This document shows positions 1 through 13,454 of a DNA stretch of 64,000 bases, one piece after another. Under the pieces are notes generated by a model. It saw only the letters and a program-made list of their open reading frames with translations. It was not told the DNA's origin and ran no database searches. This DNA is from Octopus vulgaris (taxonomy: Eukaryota): positions 105,400,001 through 105,464,000 of the forward strand of contig OX597814.1 of NCBI GenBank assembly GCA_951406725.2, read 5' to 3'. Position 1 is the stretch's first letter. Each line of letters begins with the position of its first letter. Both the position numbers and the translations under genes were made by a program.

Positions 1-331
1 GCTGATGACAACGTGTCTCTAAAAGAAATGGAGAAACTTTTAAATTACAAACATCTGGAAATAGAGGTAACCAGAATGTGGAATCTAAAAACAGAAACAA
101 TCCCTATCATAGTAGGTGCATTAGGCATGTTAAAAAAATATTCAGACAAATACATAACAAAAACACCAGGACTTACAAACACATATAACATACAGAAAAT
201 TGCACTACTAGGCACTGCACACATCTTACGCATCACATGTTCAATACAGTAACCATCAGAGCATCACAACAAATCATAGCACATACCCAAGGCACAGAGA
301 GCTGCGCTCGGTAGTGAAGTGAAAGCACGCT

Positions 332-332
<1 letters not shown>
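1..332 (+). mobile_element. 3' end of an R4/Dong-type RLE non-LTR retrotransposon (endonuclease C-terminus plus 3' UTR)
   Basis: Encodes KEMEKLLNYKHLEIEVTRMW...IPIIVGALG...QKIALLGTAHILR. Nearly identical to 59851-60181. Followed directly by (TAA)n. Confidence 0.85.

Positions 333-390
<58 letters not shown>
333..390 (+). repeat. (TAA)n microsatellite, tail or target of the R4/Dong element
   Basis: Pure TAA run directly after the element 3' UTR. Confidence 0.95.
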
Positions 391-394
<4 letters not shown>

Positions 395-950
395 GTGGAA
401 AATGTGACCCACTTGGTAATTGGATGTGAAATCCTTGCACAAAAAGAAAACAAGCGCTGCCACTACAAAGTGTGTGTGTATCTTCGTTGGCTCTTATGCC
501 GTAAATACCAATATGAAGTAACAGAGAACTGGTATGAGCATGTACCAAGTAAAGTTATGCGGGAGGATGGAAAAGTAACGATACTTTTGGACTATGATTT
601 TCAGACGGATCGTGTAATCGAACATCGTTGGCCGGATATTGTCATATTGAGTAAGAGAGACAAACTGTCAGATCATTGATGTAGCCATATCAAACGACAT
701 GAATGTTGTGAGTAAAGAGGTTGAAAAAAATCACCAAGTACTCCGAATTGAAAGTGGAAATGGCAAAACTGTATGGAATGCGAGAGGATAATGTAAATGT
801 GATACCAGTGGTGATCGGAACGTTGGGCTCAATCCCATTGTAACTTCAAGACTTCTTAAAACAACTGGATATCCCATGCAAGATTGATGTCTTGCAAAAA
901 GCAGCCTTATTGAGCACAGCGCACATCTAAAGGAATGTATTATCTGTCTG
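391..950 (+). mobile_element. Degenerate R4/Dong-type LINE fragment, second subfamily (zinc knuckle plus PD-D/ExK endonuclease)
   Basis: ENVTHLVIGCEILAQKE...WYEHVP...TDRVIEHRWPDIV, then after frameshifts IIDVAI...KYSELKVE...IPVVIGTLG...LQKAALLSTAHI. Contains stops. Confidence 0.8.
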
Positions 951-1109
951 ATGTCCTCGTTCTGACTAAAGACTCCGGTGCATTTTTACCTACACTGTGA
1001 CAGAAGGCATGAGAATTTGGGGAGCAGTCAACTGGTACTTAGTTTTATCAACTTCGAAAATATAAAAGGCAGTTTCGACCTCGGCAGAATTTGAACTCAG
1101 GACGACGAC

Positions 1110-1660
1110 GCGGAGTTAAGAATATACTCGAAACAAAATTAATGGCGGGAATAGGATTAGAGCAATAAATGCATGGGCTACACCAATATTGAGAAAATTT
1201 GCTTCCTTTTCTAAATAGACAATGGCAGGGCCACGAAACTCGGAGAGAAGAACAAGAAAGCTGCTTAAAATGCACAACGCAGACAAGTCGATAAGTAACA
1301 ACGACAGACTCCATATACAAAAAATGAAATGGAAGGAGGCAGACGATCACTACACACAGAAGTCACCATTTGTACTGCAATATTATGGTTGAAAAATTAT
1401 GCTAAAGAAAGAATAATGTCGGCTGCCAGAGATACACAAAAAGTGACCGAAACAGTGGACAATTTTTTTTTTTAATGGGAAAACAACAAAACAAACAAAT
1501 GCAAAGGAAGGGAATTACATGACCAATTCATGTAACAAATGGGGAAGTTAGGGAGTAAAGAACGATGGACATGGGTGACGGACGGAAACCTGAAATAAGG
1601 GACCGAATCGCTAATTATAGCCACTTAGGAACAAGCTATTAGATGGAAACTCATAAAATC
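1110..1660 (+). mobile_element. Degenerate R4/Dong-type RT C-terminal fragment
   Basis: Remnants NRIRAINAWATPILR, RTRKLLKMH, GNLK*GTESLIIAT*EQAI parallel NKIIGINTLAVP, KTRKIMT and GLKAETEGFLIAAQDQSL in the 58.5 kb element. Confidence 0.65.
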
Positions 1661-1714
1661 AGTGAACGACATTGTCTGTAGAGTTTACCTCGGTATTATT
1701 GCCAGCCAAACCTC

Positions 1715-2124
1715 ACGGCGGCTAAAAACTTTTTAAAAAGCACTAGGTCCCTATTTAAAAGTTTTGGTTTTCTTCTGGAGTTTTGTTTCGACAAGGAGGT
1801 TTTTCCTTCTTGTTCAAAGACTGTCATTACCTTCGAGACAATACTTTTTGATACACCAAACATTTTGGCTGTTTTCGTTATGCTAGCACCTGCCATACGA
1901 GCACCAACAATTTGACCTCTTTGAAAGTCCGATAGATCTGTTATTTCAATGAATTTTGATTACCTTTTTCTGATGATATCTGAAAAGAAACAGCAATTTG
2001 AGCAAAACATATTAAGCAACACTAATAATAAATCAAGAAACATAAAAATAAACAAACTTGTGACGGTTTTATAGATATTTCAAAATTATGATGCTAGGTG
2101 TTTCCATTATTTTGTCCAACCCCC
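1715..2124 (-). mobile_element. Tc1-like DNA transposon, 5' fragment (TIR plus HTH N-terminus)
   Basis: DLSDFQRGQIVGARMAGASITKTAKMFGVSKSIVSKVM is a Tc1 HTH. The terminus GGGGTTGGACAAAATAATGGAAAC matches the element start at 18832. Confidence 0.8.
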
Positions 2125-2139
2125 ATATCTTTCTCTTTT

Positions 2140-2342
2140 CTCTTTTTACTCGTTTCAGTCATTTGACTGTGGCCATGCTGGAGCACCGCCTTTAGTCGAG
2201 CAAATCGATCCGGGACTTATTCTTTGTAAGCCCAGTACTTATTCTATCGGTCTCTTTTTTGCCGAACCGCTAAGTGACGGGGACGTAAACACACCAGCAT
2301 CGGTTGTCAAGCAATGCTAGGGGGACAAACACAGACACACAA

Positions 2343-2375
<33 letters not shown>

Positions 2376-2546
2376 CATATATACGACAGGCTTCTTTCAG
2401 TTTCCGTCTACCAAATCCAATCACAAGGCATTGGTCGGCCCGGGGCTATAGCAGAAGACACTTTCCCAAGATGCCACGCAGAGGGACTGAACCCGGAACC
2501 ATGTGGTTGGTTAGCAAGCTACTTACCACACAGCCACTCCTGTGCC
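2140..2546 (-). mobile_element. tRNA-derived SINE, family A, near full length
   Basis: A/B-box-like head (GTGGCTGTGTGGTAAG...GGTTCAGTCCC), internal (TA/TG) tract and tail GCTCCAGCATGGCC...TGACTGAAAC. Near-identical to 39628-40030. Confidence 0.85.
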
Positions 2547-2562
2547 TATAAATATATATATG

Positions 2563-2626
<64 letters not shown>

Positions 2627-2637
2627 CATATATATAT

Positions 2638-2674
<37 letters not shown>

Positions 2675-3213
2675 GCATACATACATACATACACTTGATA
2701 CGTGCAGACATCTATACTTACTGAGAATGAGAGAATCGGGGAAAATGCGATCGGGAGAGTATATAGCGATTATTTACCTAACCACTGATCAAAATGTCGT
2801 TTATTTTACGATAGAAAGCAACATGGAAGACGATAATGATATTAGCAATCAAGTTTTCGGATGACAAAACGAAAGAAACACATCAAAAATACAAACAGTT
2901 TGATGTTATGGAGTGTATTTTAGTTTTATTTTCTTTTGTTAGCAAGATAGAAATCTTTAAGTAGAGACGATTGACGTAAGTCAATAGTAGAAAGAAAATT
3001 CTATTGAATAGAAGTTCACTTCAGTTTTTTTCCCTAAAGATGGATTTGACAAAATGGCGGCGAAGGAGAAGGATCAATATTTGAATTGCAAAAATTTTCG
3101 TTTTAACTGCAAGAATAAATATGCGTGTGTGTGTGTGAATATGTGTATTTGTTTATGCGTGTGCGTGTATGTGTGTGCGTACTTATGCGCGCACATGTAT
3201 ATATGCTTATATA

Positions 3214-3255
<42 letters not shown>

Positions 3256-3532
3256 GATATACACACATATATCTATATCTGTATACACACACACAGACAC
3301 AGACACACACACTCACATATATATATATATAACTACCAGACGTTTATATATATATATATATATATATTGTACAAGCATAGATATATGCAAACACATAGAA
3401 GAAGATAGGCCTACACACATAAATAAGCGCATATATATGCACGTTTCTGTAGATAGATGCTTACATATGCATATACGTATATACACATGTGCACACGTAT
3501 ACTTATATTTACTTATATTTATACTTACATAC

Positions 3533-3574
<42 letters not shown>

Positions 3575-3648
3575 TCATATATTATATATATATCCATACA
3601 TACATATATATATATATACACCCACACATATGTATATATATATGTATA

Positions 3649-3686
<38 letters not shown>

Positions 3687-4160
3687 AATGTGCACATGTA
3701 TAGATATCTCTGTGTGTATATATATGTGCATGTGTTCGTGTATGTATGCATATGTATGTGTGTGTGTAAGCTTGTATCCGCCGTATATGCGCGTGCAAGT
3801 CTGTTTGAAGGAGTGTTTCTCTCAGTATTTATCCAATTACGAAACCAGTGGTCAATAGACCCTCGACTCTGGCGTTAAGTACGATACTTCTCAGATTCAA
3901 GAATTAAAATATAAAAGAGAAAAATGGAAAACAGAAAATACATGAATTGATATCTGAAGGAAAATAAAGAAACAAATGAATAGCTGAAAAGAGAGAAAGG
4001 AAGAAATGAATAAAACAAATACGAAATACAAATATAAAATATCGGGAGACAAAAATGGAATTCAATACAACTCCAAGATTCTTTCATTCAATCAGTTTGC
4101 AAGCGATGCTAAAATTCTACTTATCAAAATCAGGAGTACAGGGTTTCTAAATAGGACTAT

Positions 4161-4527
4161 TTTTACCTCTGCCTTAGCAAAGGCGGAGGTATTGTTTTCA
4201 GTCGTATTTGTTTGTCCGTAGACAAGATATCTTAAAAACCGCCAGATGGATTTGGATGAAACTTTCAGGGACATTTGACCTCAAGACTGGCACGAACTGA
4301 TTAGATTTGGGGATCGATCCGGTATTGGACAAGGATTCTAAATTATTTTTCCAGTTTTTTTACTTATTTTTTTTTCAGAGCGGTCGGGTTCATTTTTAGT
4401 ATTCTCGTTTGTGAGAGCAGTCTACCTTATTTCAGATATTCTCATTTTAAAAACCATCTCTGGCCAATCGTTGAGAGAATGTTGGTGTTGCCTTGGCGGA
4501 CGTTTGCGCTCTCTGAGTGCTCTTGTT
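4161..4527 (+). mobile_element. Non-autonomous Helentron-type (HINE/DINE-1-like) element
   Basis: T-run, then 5' hairpin ACCTCTGCCTT/AAGGCGGAGGT, a short TGTT/TCCG tract, a subterminal GGCGGA repeat near 4495, a 3' hairpin GCGCTC-TCT-GAGTGC and a T-run. Confidence 0.65.
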
Positions 4528-4684
4528 TTGTTTAGTTTTTTGTTTTGTTTTTTTAATCTTTTTTTTTATTCCGAGGGCGAGTGTTATTTGAATTTAGAGT
4601 AACGTGACATTAGGACATGGTGTTGTAAGCTGCTATATATCGTTTCAGAATGTTCCGGATAGGGATGCACCGAAACATCCATAA

Positions 4685-4858
4685 AATAAGGCCCTGAAAT
4701 TTGGAGGAGGGAACTAATCGATTGTTGTCGACTGCTGTATTTGACTGGTACTTATTTTATCAACCTCTTAATGATGAAAGTTAAAGTTCTTCTCGATGAG
4801 ATTTGAATTACAAAGTCGAAATACCGATACTGTAACGATTCTGCCAATCTACCGCCCT
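4685..4858 (-). mobile_element. Degenerate SINE, family B
   Basis: Similar to 60620-60842 (ctggtacttattttatc...gatgaaag...atttgaa...aacgattctgcc...ccgcc). Confidence 0.65.
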
Positions 4859-5689
4859 TAAATGTAAAATAAGGGGAACTCTAAATTCAGGAGTGATGTT
4901 ATTGGTCGCTTATGCAGTATACATAAGTGTCCATGTTCCTCACACGCTAATTGGAAAATCTATATGTATATATGTACGTGTTTGTTGACGTTGACGACTG
5001 TCCTTTATTTATCTGGGATATGGACCCTTTGAAAGCATCCTGTAAGGGTCCTCGAATGTTTCCATCAGCGATACCTCAAATATGTTCTGAATGTTGGCTG
5101 ATCTTTGCGGAATCTAGACCGACAGGTCTTAAAGGGAACCGACCCCCTGAACATTGGGAAGTTGGTACACAGCACCGATTACCCTGGACTGGACACCTTG
5201 TTTGTATGAATGATCAGAAGGTCCCTCCCTAAACGTGTGCGTACATGCGTACGTGCATGCGTGTGTGCATGCGTGTGTGCATATGTGCGTGTGTGTGCCA
5301 ACATGTAGAGGCAAAAACATAAATGAGAAAGGAAAGAGGTGGTAGTTTGGTTTGAATGCTTCCCATAGAGTGTTTCCCGTTGGAGACAATCATTGACCTT
5401 CTGCGGATGGAAGGAGATTAATTGAAACAGTTATATATCCTAAATACAGAGCCATGAATACAGGCCAATCTGAGAAGAATTTCGGCCAAATTTTCATCTG
5501 CTATGCAGGTATTAAGCAAATACAAGACTTCAAGACTCGCGATAACGTATGAAACCCAGACCTACAGGCTTCCGGAATGAACACGTTTCCTGTCTTTTCG
5601 CATCCTTCATGGTATTACAAAATGTCCATTCATGTAAACTGGACTGTCTCAATTACTAGCACCCTATCTCTCAGTACCAGTTCTCCAGT

Positions 5690-5836
5690 TCTATATTTAA
5701 GAGATGAGGAATTATGTACATTATTTACATTATAAATTTCCCCAAGACACCTGATGAAGGCTGGAGGGTATATCAGCCGAAACGTTAACAACAAACAAGA
5801 TGAGGGCAAATATCCGTCAAATGTAAATAATGTACC
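5690..5836 (+). mobile_element. Penelope-like pseudo-LTR fragment with 5' inversion and a minimal hammerhead
   Basis: 5690-5731 is the reverse complement of the family 3' end seen at 51740-51779. CTGATGA...GAAACGTT at 5751-5786. Flanked by an 18/20 direct repeat (5674-5693 and 5832-5851). Confidence 0.65.
5746..5786 (+). ncRNA. Minimal type I hammerhead ribozyme motif, 3' strand of stem I deleted
   Basis: GACAC-CTGATGA-A-GGCTG-(10 nt loop)-CAGCC-GAAA-CG-TT. The copy at 51658 supplies the missing GTGTT. Confidence 0.6.
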
Positions 5837-6534
5837 AATTCCCCAGTTCTAATACTACAAATTTTCTATAAAGACGTAAATTGCGGGGCAATTTATGGGT
5901 TACATTTTTTGTTGTGAAAGGTCATAGTGCCAATTATAAACACATGTACTGGTTGGTTCTATTTCACTTCTTTTTTCACTCCTAATCAACTAGTTAATCA
6001 TTTCGCTTATTAACTAATCCATTGCTTGATTATTTAACTCAAGATACCACATCGAGGGCCCTGCAAACTGAATATAAAAATTAAATTATGGGGTACTTTA
6101 TTCTGATTTATCTCCAATTTAAAATATGGAATCTAGATTTAGGAATTGAACCTCTTTCAATTCCCTTTCCCATGAAATAATTTCATATTCTCTGAGAATT
6201 CTCTAGCGTTTTGCGGGGGACTCTTTTTACAAGAAAGGAATCTTATTTCTTTCAAATTTTCAAAATTTCTTAACTGTGTTATTATTTATTTAGTATACAT
6301 TTTAATTATTTATTTATTTATTCTTTTTGCCGCTACAGACTTTCTTTTTCTTCGGGTTCTAGTGCTCCACCCATTTTTAAAAAAATAAATCTAATAAAAT
6401 TACTAGATTATTTCTGTTTAAAAGTTTAAGTTTGAAATTGGACAATTAAACCACATGTAAACTGATAATCAAATATTAGATTAAATTAAAATTAGAAATT
6501 CTTTAACAAGATCAAATATATTTTATTTTTGTTT

Positions 6535-6755
6535 ACTTTCGTTTCAGTCATTGGATAGCGGCCATTCTGGGGAACAGCTTTAAAGGCTTTATTCGAACAA
6601 ATCGACTTCAGTAGTTATTTATTTTTTATATTTTGCACATTCGTGTCAGTATCTTTCGCTGAAACGTTAAGTTATGGCAACGCAAGCAATCCAACAACTT
6701 TTGACAAGTGATTGGGGACAAACACAAACACTACAAACATATGTATGTATACACA

Positions 6756-6797
<42 letters not shown>

Positions 6798-6960
6798 AGC
6801 ATATATATACGCACACATATATATACATACATATATGTATATATATATATATATATACATAAATCTATATGTGCATATACATACATATGACGGGTTTCCA
6901 CTCCGTTTCTGCCTTCCAAATTCACTCACAGGGTATTAAATGGACCCCGAAGCTGTCATT
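6535..6960 (-). mobile_element. Degenerate SINE family A copy with expanded internal (TA)n
   Basis: gtttcagtcattggatagcggccattctgg...gggacaaacacaaac...ccgtttctgccttccaaattcactcac aligns with 2140-2546. Confidence 0.7.
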
Positions 6961-7372
6961 GGCTTTTAATATCTGAAACGCTTTTGTTATGTATAGCCTA
7001 GAATTATGAAAACCATTTGACGTATGGATTTATCCTCAAAGCTCCGTGCTATTGAAGTACTTTCCGATCAATAAACCAGAAGACTTGCCAGAATTTCCAG
7101 AAGAAATGGAAGAAATATGTGAAATATTCTGTGTCATTTGATCTGAATGAATATACTTGCGGATAGTGAAGGCTTCTTGATGTGTTCGGGATAAGACCTA
7201 TTAAATTTCTTTCAATACAGTCCAGAAAGGAAGTATCCGCTGTGTAGAAAGAAAAATGGGGTTTTTTTTCTGTTAAATATCAGCTTTTGGAGTAGTGAGG
7301 GATTCTTCGATATATGAGGTTATCCAGGCAGGAATCACTGATCTGGCAGCTCAGTGGTAACATAGAATCTAG

Positions 7373-7610
7373 TCTGGTCGGGTCGTCGGCGACTAAACCG
7401 GCACCCCTACTGGGCTTGCCTAGTAAGGAGGAGTGCTAGAATCCCAGCAGGACTAAAAACAAGACCTGTCAAATGAAGAGATGAACTCAATGTAGGTTCA
7501 ACGATTATCTAGCAGTAGCACGGGCCCTCAAAAATTCCTGGCTGGTGTCCGGAGTGCCAGAAGACATTGGGGGAGAAGCATCTATTAGCTTTTGTTAAAG
7601 CATGTCTCTA
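7373..7610 (+). mobile_element. Possible 5' UTR fragment of a LINE (RTE-like)
   Basis: GC-rich block (ctggtcgggtcgtcggcgactaaaccggcacccctactggg...) that resembles RTE-type leaders. No ORF support. Confidence 0.3.
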
Positions 7611-8503
7611 GAACCTACTTGAAACCCAGGTTGCGTCTGCTCCGATAATCGGTGGTGAATTGCTCAGTAAATCCCCTCCAACGATCGACAATCGACGGTG
7701 AGATGAGCTGCTTTGGACCACGCAATCCCAAAGTATATCTGCATGCGACTGGGGGACGCATGGGAACTTTATTCCCACTGAAGTTCCGAAAATGAATTCT
7801 ACGCTTCAAAGATAAATGACGACTGCGGCTACGGCATTCATATTGTCCAACCGGCCGACGTTGGGGCTGCACGCAGAAGCATTACTTTTCCTGCTATCCA
7901 TTACAGTCACGACTGCGGCCGACCAGAAGGCCGTAGTAAACTAGTCGGTCGGAGCCGGCGCAACCCATCTCGGGTGAATGCCTCCGCAAGTGTAAGTAGT
8001 ACTGACCTTAACGTTATGACGGTTGAAGTGCTTGTTATGATTGGAAATTAAAATTTTCTGGTTATATTAATAGAAACATCAAGATGATTGATGGTTTGAA
8101 TTAAGTTACCGTTAGCTTCCTCTTCATGCGTATACGTTACAGGAGACCATTTTTAGCTTCTTTGTCAGCCAATAATCTTCGGCTTAGCCTGCAGGCTGCG
8201 GACACATTCTTTCATCTATGTACCAAATCCTACCTGAACGAGAGCAAGTGTACTTTGCACAGTGAAACTGTGTAACAACGGTTTGAAATAGCAACTGGTT
8301 CTTCATACTCAAACACAAATGCAAACACACAAACACACATACATGTATGAGCGTTTGCATGCGTGTATTTATGTATCTAGGTCAGTATCGTAACTACATA
8401 TATACATACACCCATACATATATATATACACGTATGTATATGTATATATATGCATATATATATGTATATATAGATATATATATACATACATATATATACA
8501 TAT

Positions 8504-8594
<91 letters not shown>

Positions 8595-9132
8595 TGTATG
8601 TATGTATGTATGTATATGTCTGGAAGCACTATTCTGGGTCAACATGCTAAACATATACCTCACTGCTTGATTCTTTATTATTTCTTCAATGAAGAATTCA
8701 ATCGATTCTAGTAAAGATATCAATGTCGATATTGCCTTAACATGGAGCGAGAGAGAGAGAGAGAGAGAGAAGAGTGAAAGAAGGAGAATTAGAAAGAGAT
8801 AGAAAGAGGCGGGGAGGCAGAGAGGGAGAGAAAATATGTGTGAAGGTACGAAATGACATTCGTGCATGGCTGTTGTTGTTGTTGTTTGTGTTGTTGCCAC
8901 AGTAACACACGATTAATATTAAAGTCTGTTGTACTTTCATCGAAATGGAGAGATTGTTTCAGTTTACAGCAGTTCACAGTTGAATGTAGCATGTTGTGGT
9001 TCATGGATGAATTGACAGACGAAAGATGCGTGCCTACATTTACGGACGAGTGAATCTATAGACACGCACACACACATACACACAAACATATATATAATAT
9101 ATGTAAGGTGATATATATATACATTTGCGTAA

Positions 9133-9177
<45 letters not shown>

Positions 9178-9409
9178 CACAAACACACACAGATGTGTGT
9201 GTGTGATACTTACACATGCATATATGCATACATCATACATCATACATACATACATACATACATACATACATACATACATACATACATACTACAACTGAAA
9301 TAATCTTCACAAACTGTTACCTAAAGTTTAAGGCTGACCATTTTTCAGACATTCGAAGACTATTTTACCCACCTCACTTTGCATTTATGTGCTTATACAT
9401 AAACACACG

Positions 9410-9470
<61 letters not shown>

Positions 9471-9928
9471 AGGTCCCATTGTATGTGTATGTGTAAGGAT
9501 GATTATATATATAATACATATACACATATACACAGATTATATATATATATTTACACACACGCATTTATATGTGTATATATTTACATATATATTAAATGTG
9601 TGTATCTATGAATGTGTATTTTTGTGTAAGTTATACATACTTAGACGTACAAATACACACACGCATACACACGCGCATGCACACACACACACACACACAA
9701 TGTATAAAATGAGGAGGTTAAGTGTGGCTGGTTATTGAAAAATAGACAAATTAAATGTAAACGGAAAAGATCGGAGGAAAAGATAAAAAGATAACGAAAA
9801 AATGTATAAATATAAATAAACAAAATACATACTTATACACCACTTCATATACACACATACACATGGACAGAGACGCACAGATCCATAAGCATAAATACAT
9901 ACATGTGTATACACACACAGACACATGC

Positions 9929-9981
<53 letters not shown>

Positions 9982-10145
9982 CATATATACATACATATAT
10001 ATATATCGGTTCGTATGTATGAAATAATAGATACACGTAGATTGATTTATTGAGAATTACATACAGACAGACTCAGATAAGCACGCACGCGCGCACACAC
10101 ACACACAAACACACATACATGCATGCACCTATATATGCATGTGTG

Positions 10146-10208
<63 letters not shown>

Positions 10209-10237
10209 GTAAATAAATATTATATACATATACATTA

Positions 10238-10268
<31 letters not shown>

Positions 10269-10682
10269 TATATGTGAATAAATATTATATGCATATACTT
10301 TTATATACATATATATATATATATATGTATATATATACATGCCAACAAAGAGGGAGAGAAAGTGAGAAAAAGGGAGAGAGAGCGAGAGGCGGGGAATTGA
10401 TTCTTTCCTAAGTCAATGCACTTAAAAACAATAAACATGGAGTAAATACAAAATCGACACGTCACAATGAGTATTGAGTACTTTATTCGGTGCATGTTTA
10501 GTGTACTTAAGCACACAGACGTATAAACAAGTAATTATTTAATCTCCTGTTAAGGAATCGATATTCACAACATTGATCAAATTTCGTGTTGATTGCTTCC
10601 ACACTGCGTCTCGTCTCTTTACCAATTTGTTGCTTTAGTAAAGGAATATTCCATTTTACCAAACACTGGAGAAGAGTATATT

Positions 10683-11105
<423 letters not shown>

Positions 11106-11164
11106 ATAAAAGATGAAAGGATAAAAATGCCGAGTAAAACACCACACACACGTGTGTGTTTCCG

Positions 11165-11481
11165 TGCGGGTGGCACGTAAAAGGGCACCATTCGAGCGTG
11201 ATCGTCAGCAGCGTCGCCTTACTGGCACCTGTGCCGGTGGCATGTGTAAAAAGAGTTGAGTGAGGTCGGTGCCAGTACCGCCTGACTGGCCCCCGTGCCG
11301 GTGGCACGTAAAAAGCGCCCACTACACTCTCGGAGTGGTTGGCGCTAGGAAGGGCATCCAGCTGTAGAAACTCTGCCAGATCAAGATTGGAGCCTGGTGC
11401 AGCCATCTGGTTTGCCAGCCCTCAGTCAAAATCGTCCAACCCATGCTAGCATGGAAAGCGGACATTAAACGAAGATGATGA
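11165..11481 (+). mobile_element. Short retroposon (SINE or LINE 3' end) with (GAT)n-like tail
   Basis: Internal duplication of GGTGGCACGTAAAA; gttggcgctaggaagggcatccagc motif; ends catggaaagcggacattaaacgaagatgatg. Confidence 0.55.
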
Positions 11482-11509
11482 TATATATATATAATCAGAG
11501 AGAGGGAGA

Positions 11510-11610
11510 AGATAGATAGACAGACAGATAGATATATAGAGAGATACATAGATACATAGATACATAAATAGTTAGAGAGACAAACAAACACATAGATAGA
11601 AGATGGATAA

Positions 11611-11666
<56 letters not shown>

Positions 11667-11679
11667 GTAGGTAGGTAGG

Positions 11680-11760
<81 letters not shown>
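11510..11760 (+). repeat. (GATA)n microsatellite
   Basis: Direct observation; abuts the 3' end of the Tx1-like element. Confidence 0.95.
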
Positions 11761-12681
11761 GTTTCTTTATTAGCCACACAGGGCTGCACACAGATAGAAC
11801 AAATTACAAGGTAGAGCTTTTCTTTTGAAGGTTTAAAAAAAAAAAAAAAAGAAAGAAAAAAGGAAGGGGGAGTTTCGATCAAAAGGGATCGTAAAAGGAG
11901 AGAAAGAGGACAAAAAAGGGGGGTTAAAAAAAAAGGGGGAGAGGAAAAAAAAAAATTTGATCAATAGGGATCGTTATCACAGAAATGTCAATATGAAGTG
12001 TAAAGGGGAGGACAGGTGAGGTTTACCCGTGGAAAGAAAAGCCTACGGAAAAGACCACGGTAACCTCGGTCAATGGAGTCACATGTTATATTTCTTTTTT
12101 TTTGGCAAATAAGCAACTCTCTGTTTTCAATTTCTGGGTTCATAGGATCATGCTCAAGGTGGCTTCGTCATTCATACGTGCCATTCTTGCTACATTCACC
12201 CATCTTTTTTTAAAACATTCGCTAGACAAAACTTGCCTCTCTACTCTCACTTTCCTTTTCAAGTGGTACTTGAAGAAGTTGATGAGAGATTGACCAGAGA
12301 GGTAAGTGTTTGTCTCCAATCCTTTCAGACGCGTCCACCAGATACATTCTTTCGCCATAGCCACAAGGATGATGAAAATAGCTCTTCCTTCCCGTTTGAA
12401 GGAGGGAGGCGTGACAATATTAACGATAGACTCAGCTGATAAACCGACTCGTCCCACACGTGACATCAGTTGTTCGACACAAGCCCACAGGTCGGAAATT
12501 GTTGGACACTGCACGAGTGCGTGCAGAACGGTTTCGTCGCTCTGACCGCATCTCGGGCAGGTCGGCCCCGTGTTTCTCGAGCCGTGTCTGTAGAGCTTAT
12601 CCCGAACGGGTAGCGCTTCTCGGTAGCACTGCCAGGCCAGGGATCTCTGGAAGTTGTCCATGGGCCCTGGCCCGAAAGTCG
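11761..12681 (-). mobile_element. 5'-truncated L1/Tx1-clade LINE (ORF2 C-terminal zinc finger plus 3' UTR)
   Basis: Open frame FQRSLAWQCYREALPVRDKLYRHG...CPRCGQSDETVLHALVQCP...IWWTR is zf-RVT-like. T-rich 3' UTR, AATAAA at 11766-11771, then (TATC)n. Confidence 0.85.
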
Positions 12682-12710
12682 AGATAGATAGATAGATAGA
12701 TAGATAGATA

Positions 12711-13440
12711 AATTTCTTTATTGGCCACACAGAGCTGAACACAGAGGGGACAAATACAAATGTAGAGCTTTTCTTTTCGAAAATGAAAGAGAAAAAGGGA
12801 AAACATGAGAAAAAGAAGTAAAATTCCGATCAAAAGGGATCGAGAAAAAAAACGATCAAAAGGGATCGTGTATCACAGAAGAATTTTTAAAATGTAAAGG
12901 GCAAGATTAGGTTTGTCCGTGGAAAGAAAAGCCTACGGAAAAGACCACGATAACCTCATGCAAGGAGGGAATAAACACATGAGAGCAAAGTGCTCTCTCT
13001 CTCTCTATCTCTCTCTCTCTCTCTCTCACTCTCTCTTTACAGGATCATGCTCAAAGTGGTTTTGTCACTCGCACGCACCATCTTTGCTACATTCACTCAC
13101 CTTTTTTTGAAACTTTCACGAGACAAAACCTGCCTCTCCATTCTCACCTTCCTTTTCAAGTGGTACTTGAAAATGTTGATGAGAGGTAAGTGTTTGTCTC
13201 GAGTCCACCACACACAAGTAATGCTTCTCGATAGCACTGCCAGTCCAAGGATCTTTGGTGATTGTCCATAGGTACCGGCCTGATAGTTGTCCTGAACAGG
13301 CGGGTCAGGTGTTCCTCGTCGATGCCCAGATTTGGCCCGAGAACGTCGCCACACCTCCTCTCCACTAATCCTCTACAGAACGCCTTTGTTGTAATGAAGT
13401 CGCGCAAGTTTTTCACCAATGCTCGCAATCACTGTAGGAA
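12711..13440 (-). mobile_element. Second, more degenerate and internally deleted copy of the same Tx1-like family
   Basis: Shares KYHLKRKVR.ERQVLS.E.FKKR and the 3' UTR ending tgtgtggccaataaagaaa. Separated from copy 1 by (GATA)n at 12683-12710. Confidence 0.8.
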
Positions 13441-13454
13441 TGTCAATTGTGATA

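Noticed and set aside
3050-3075. CAAAATGGCGGC (YY1-like motif or strong start codon) as a gene start
   Set aside because: The frame runs into microsatellite with no convincing donor site; a single motif is insufficient.
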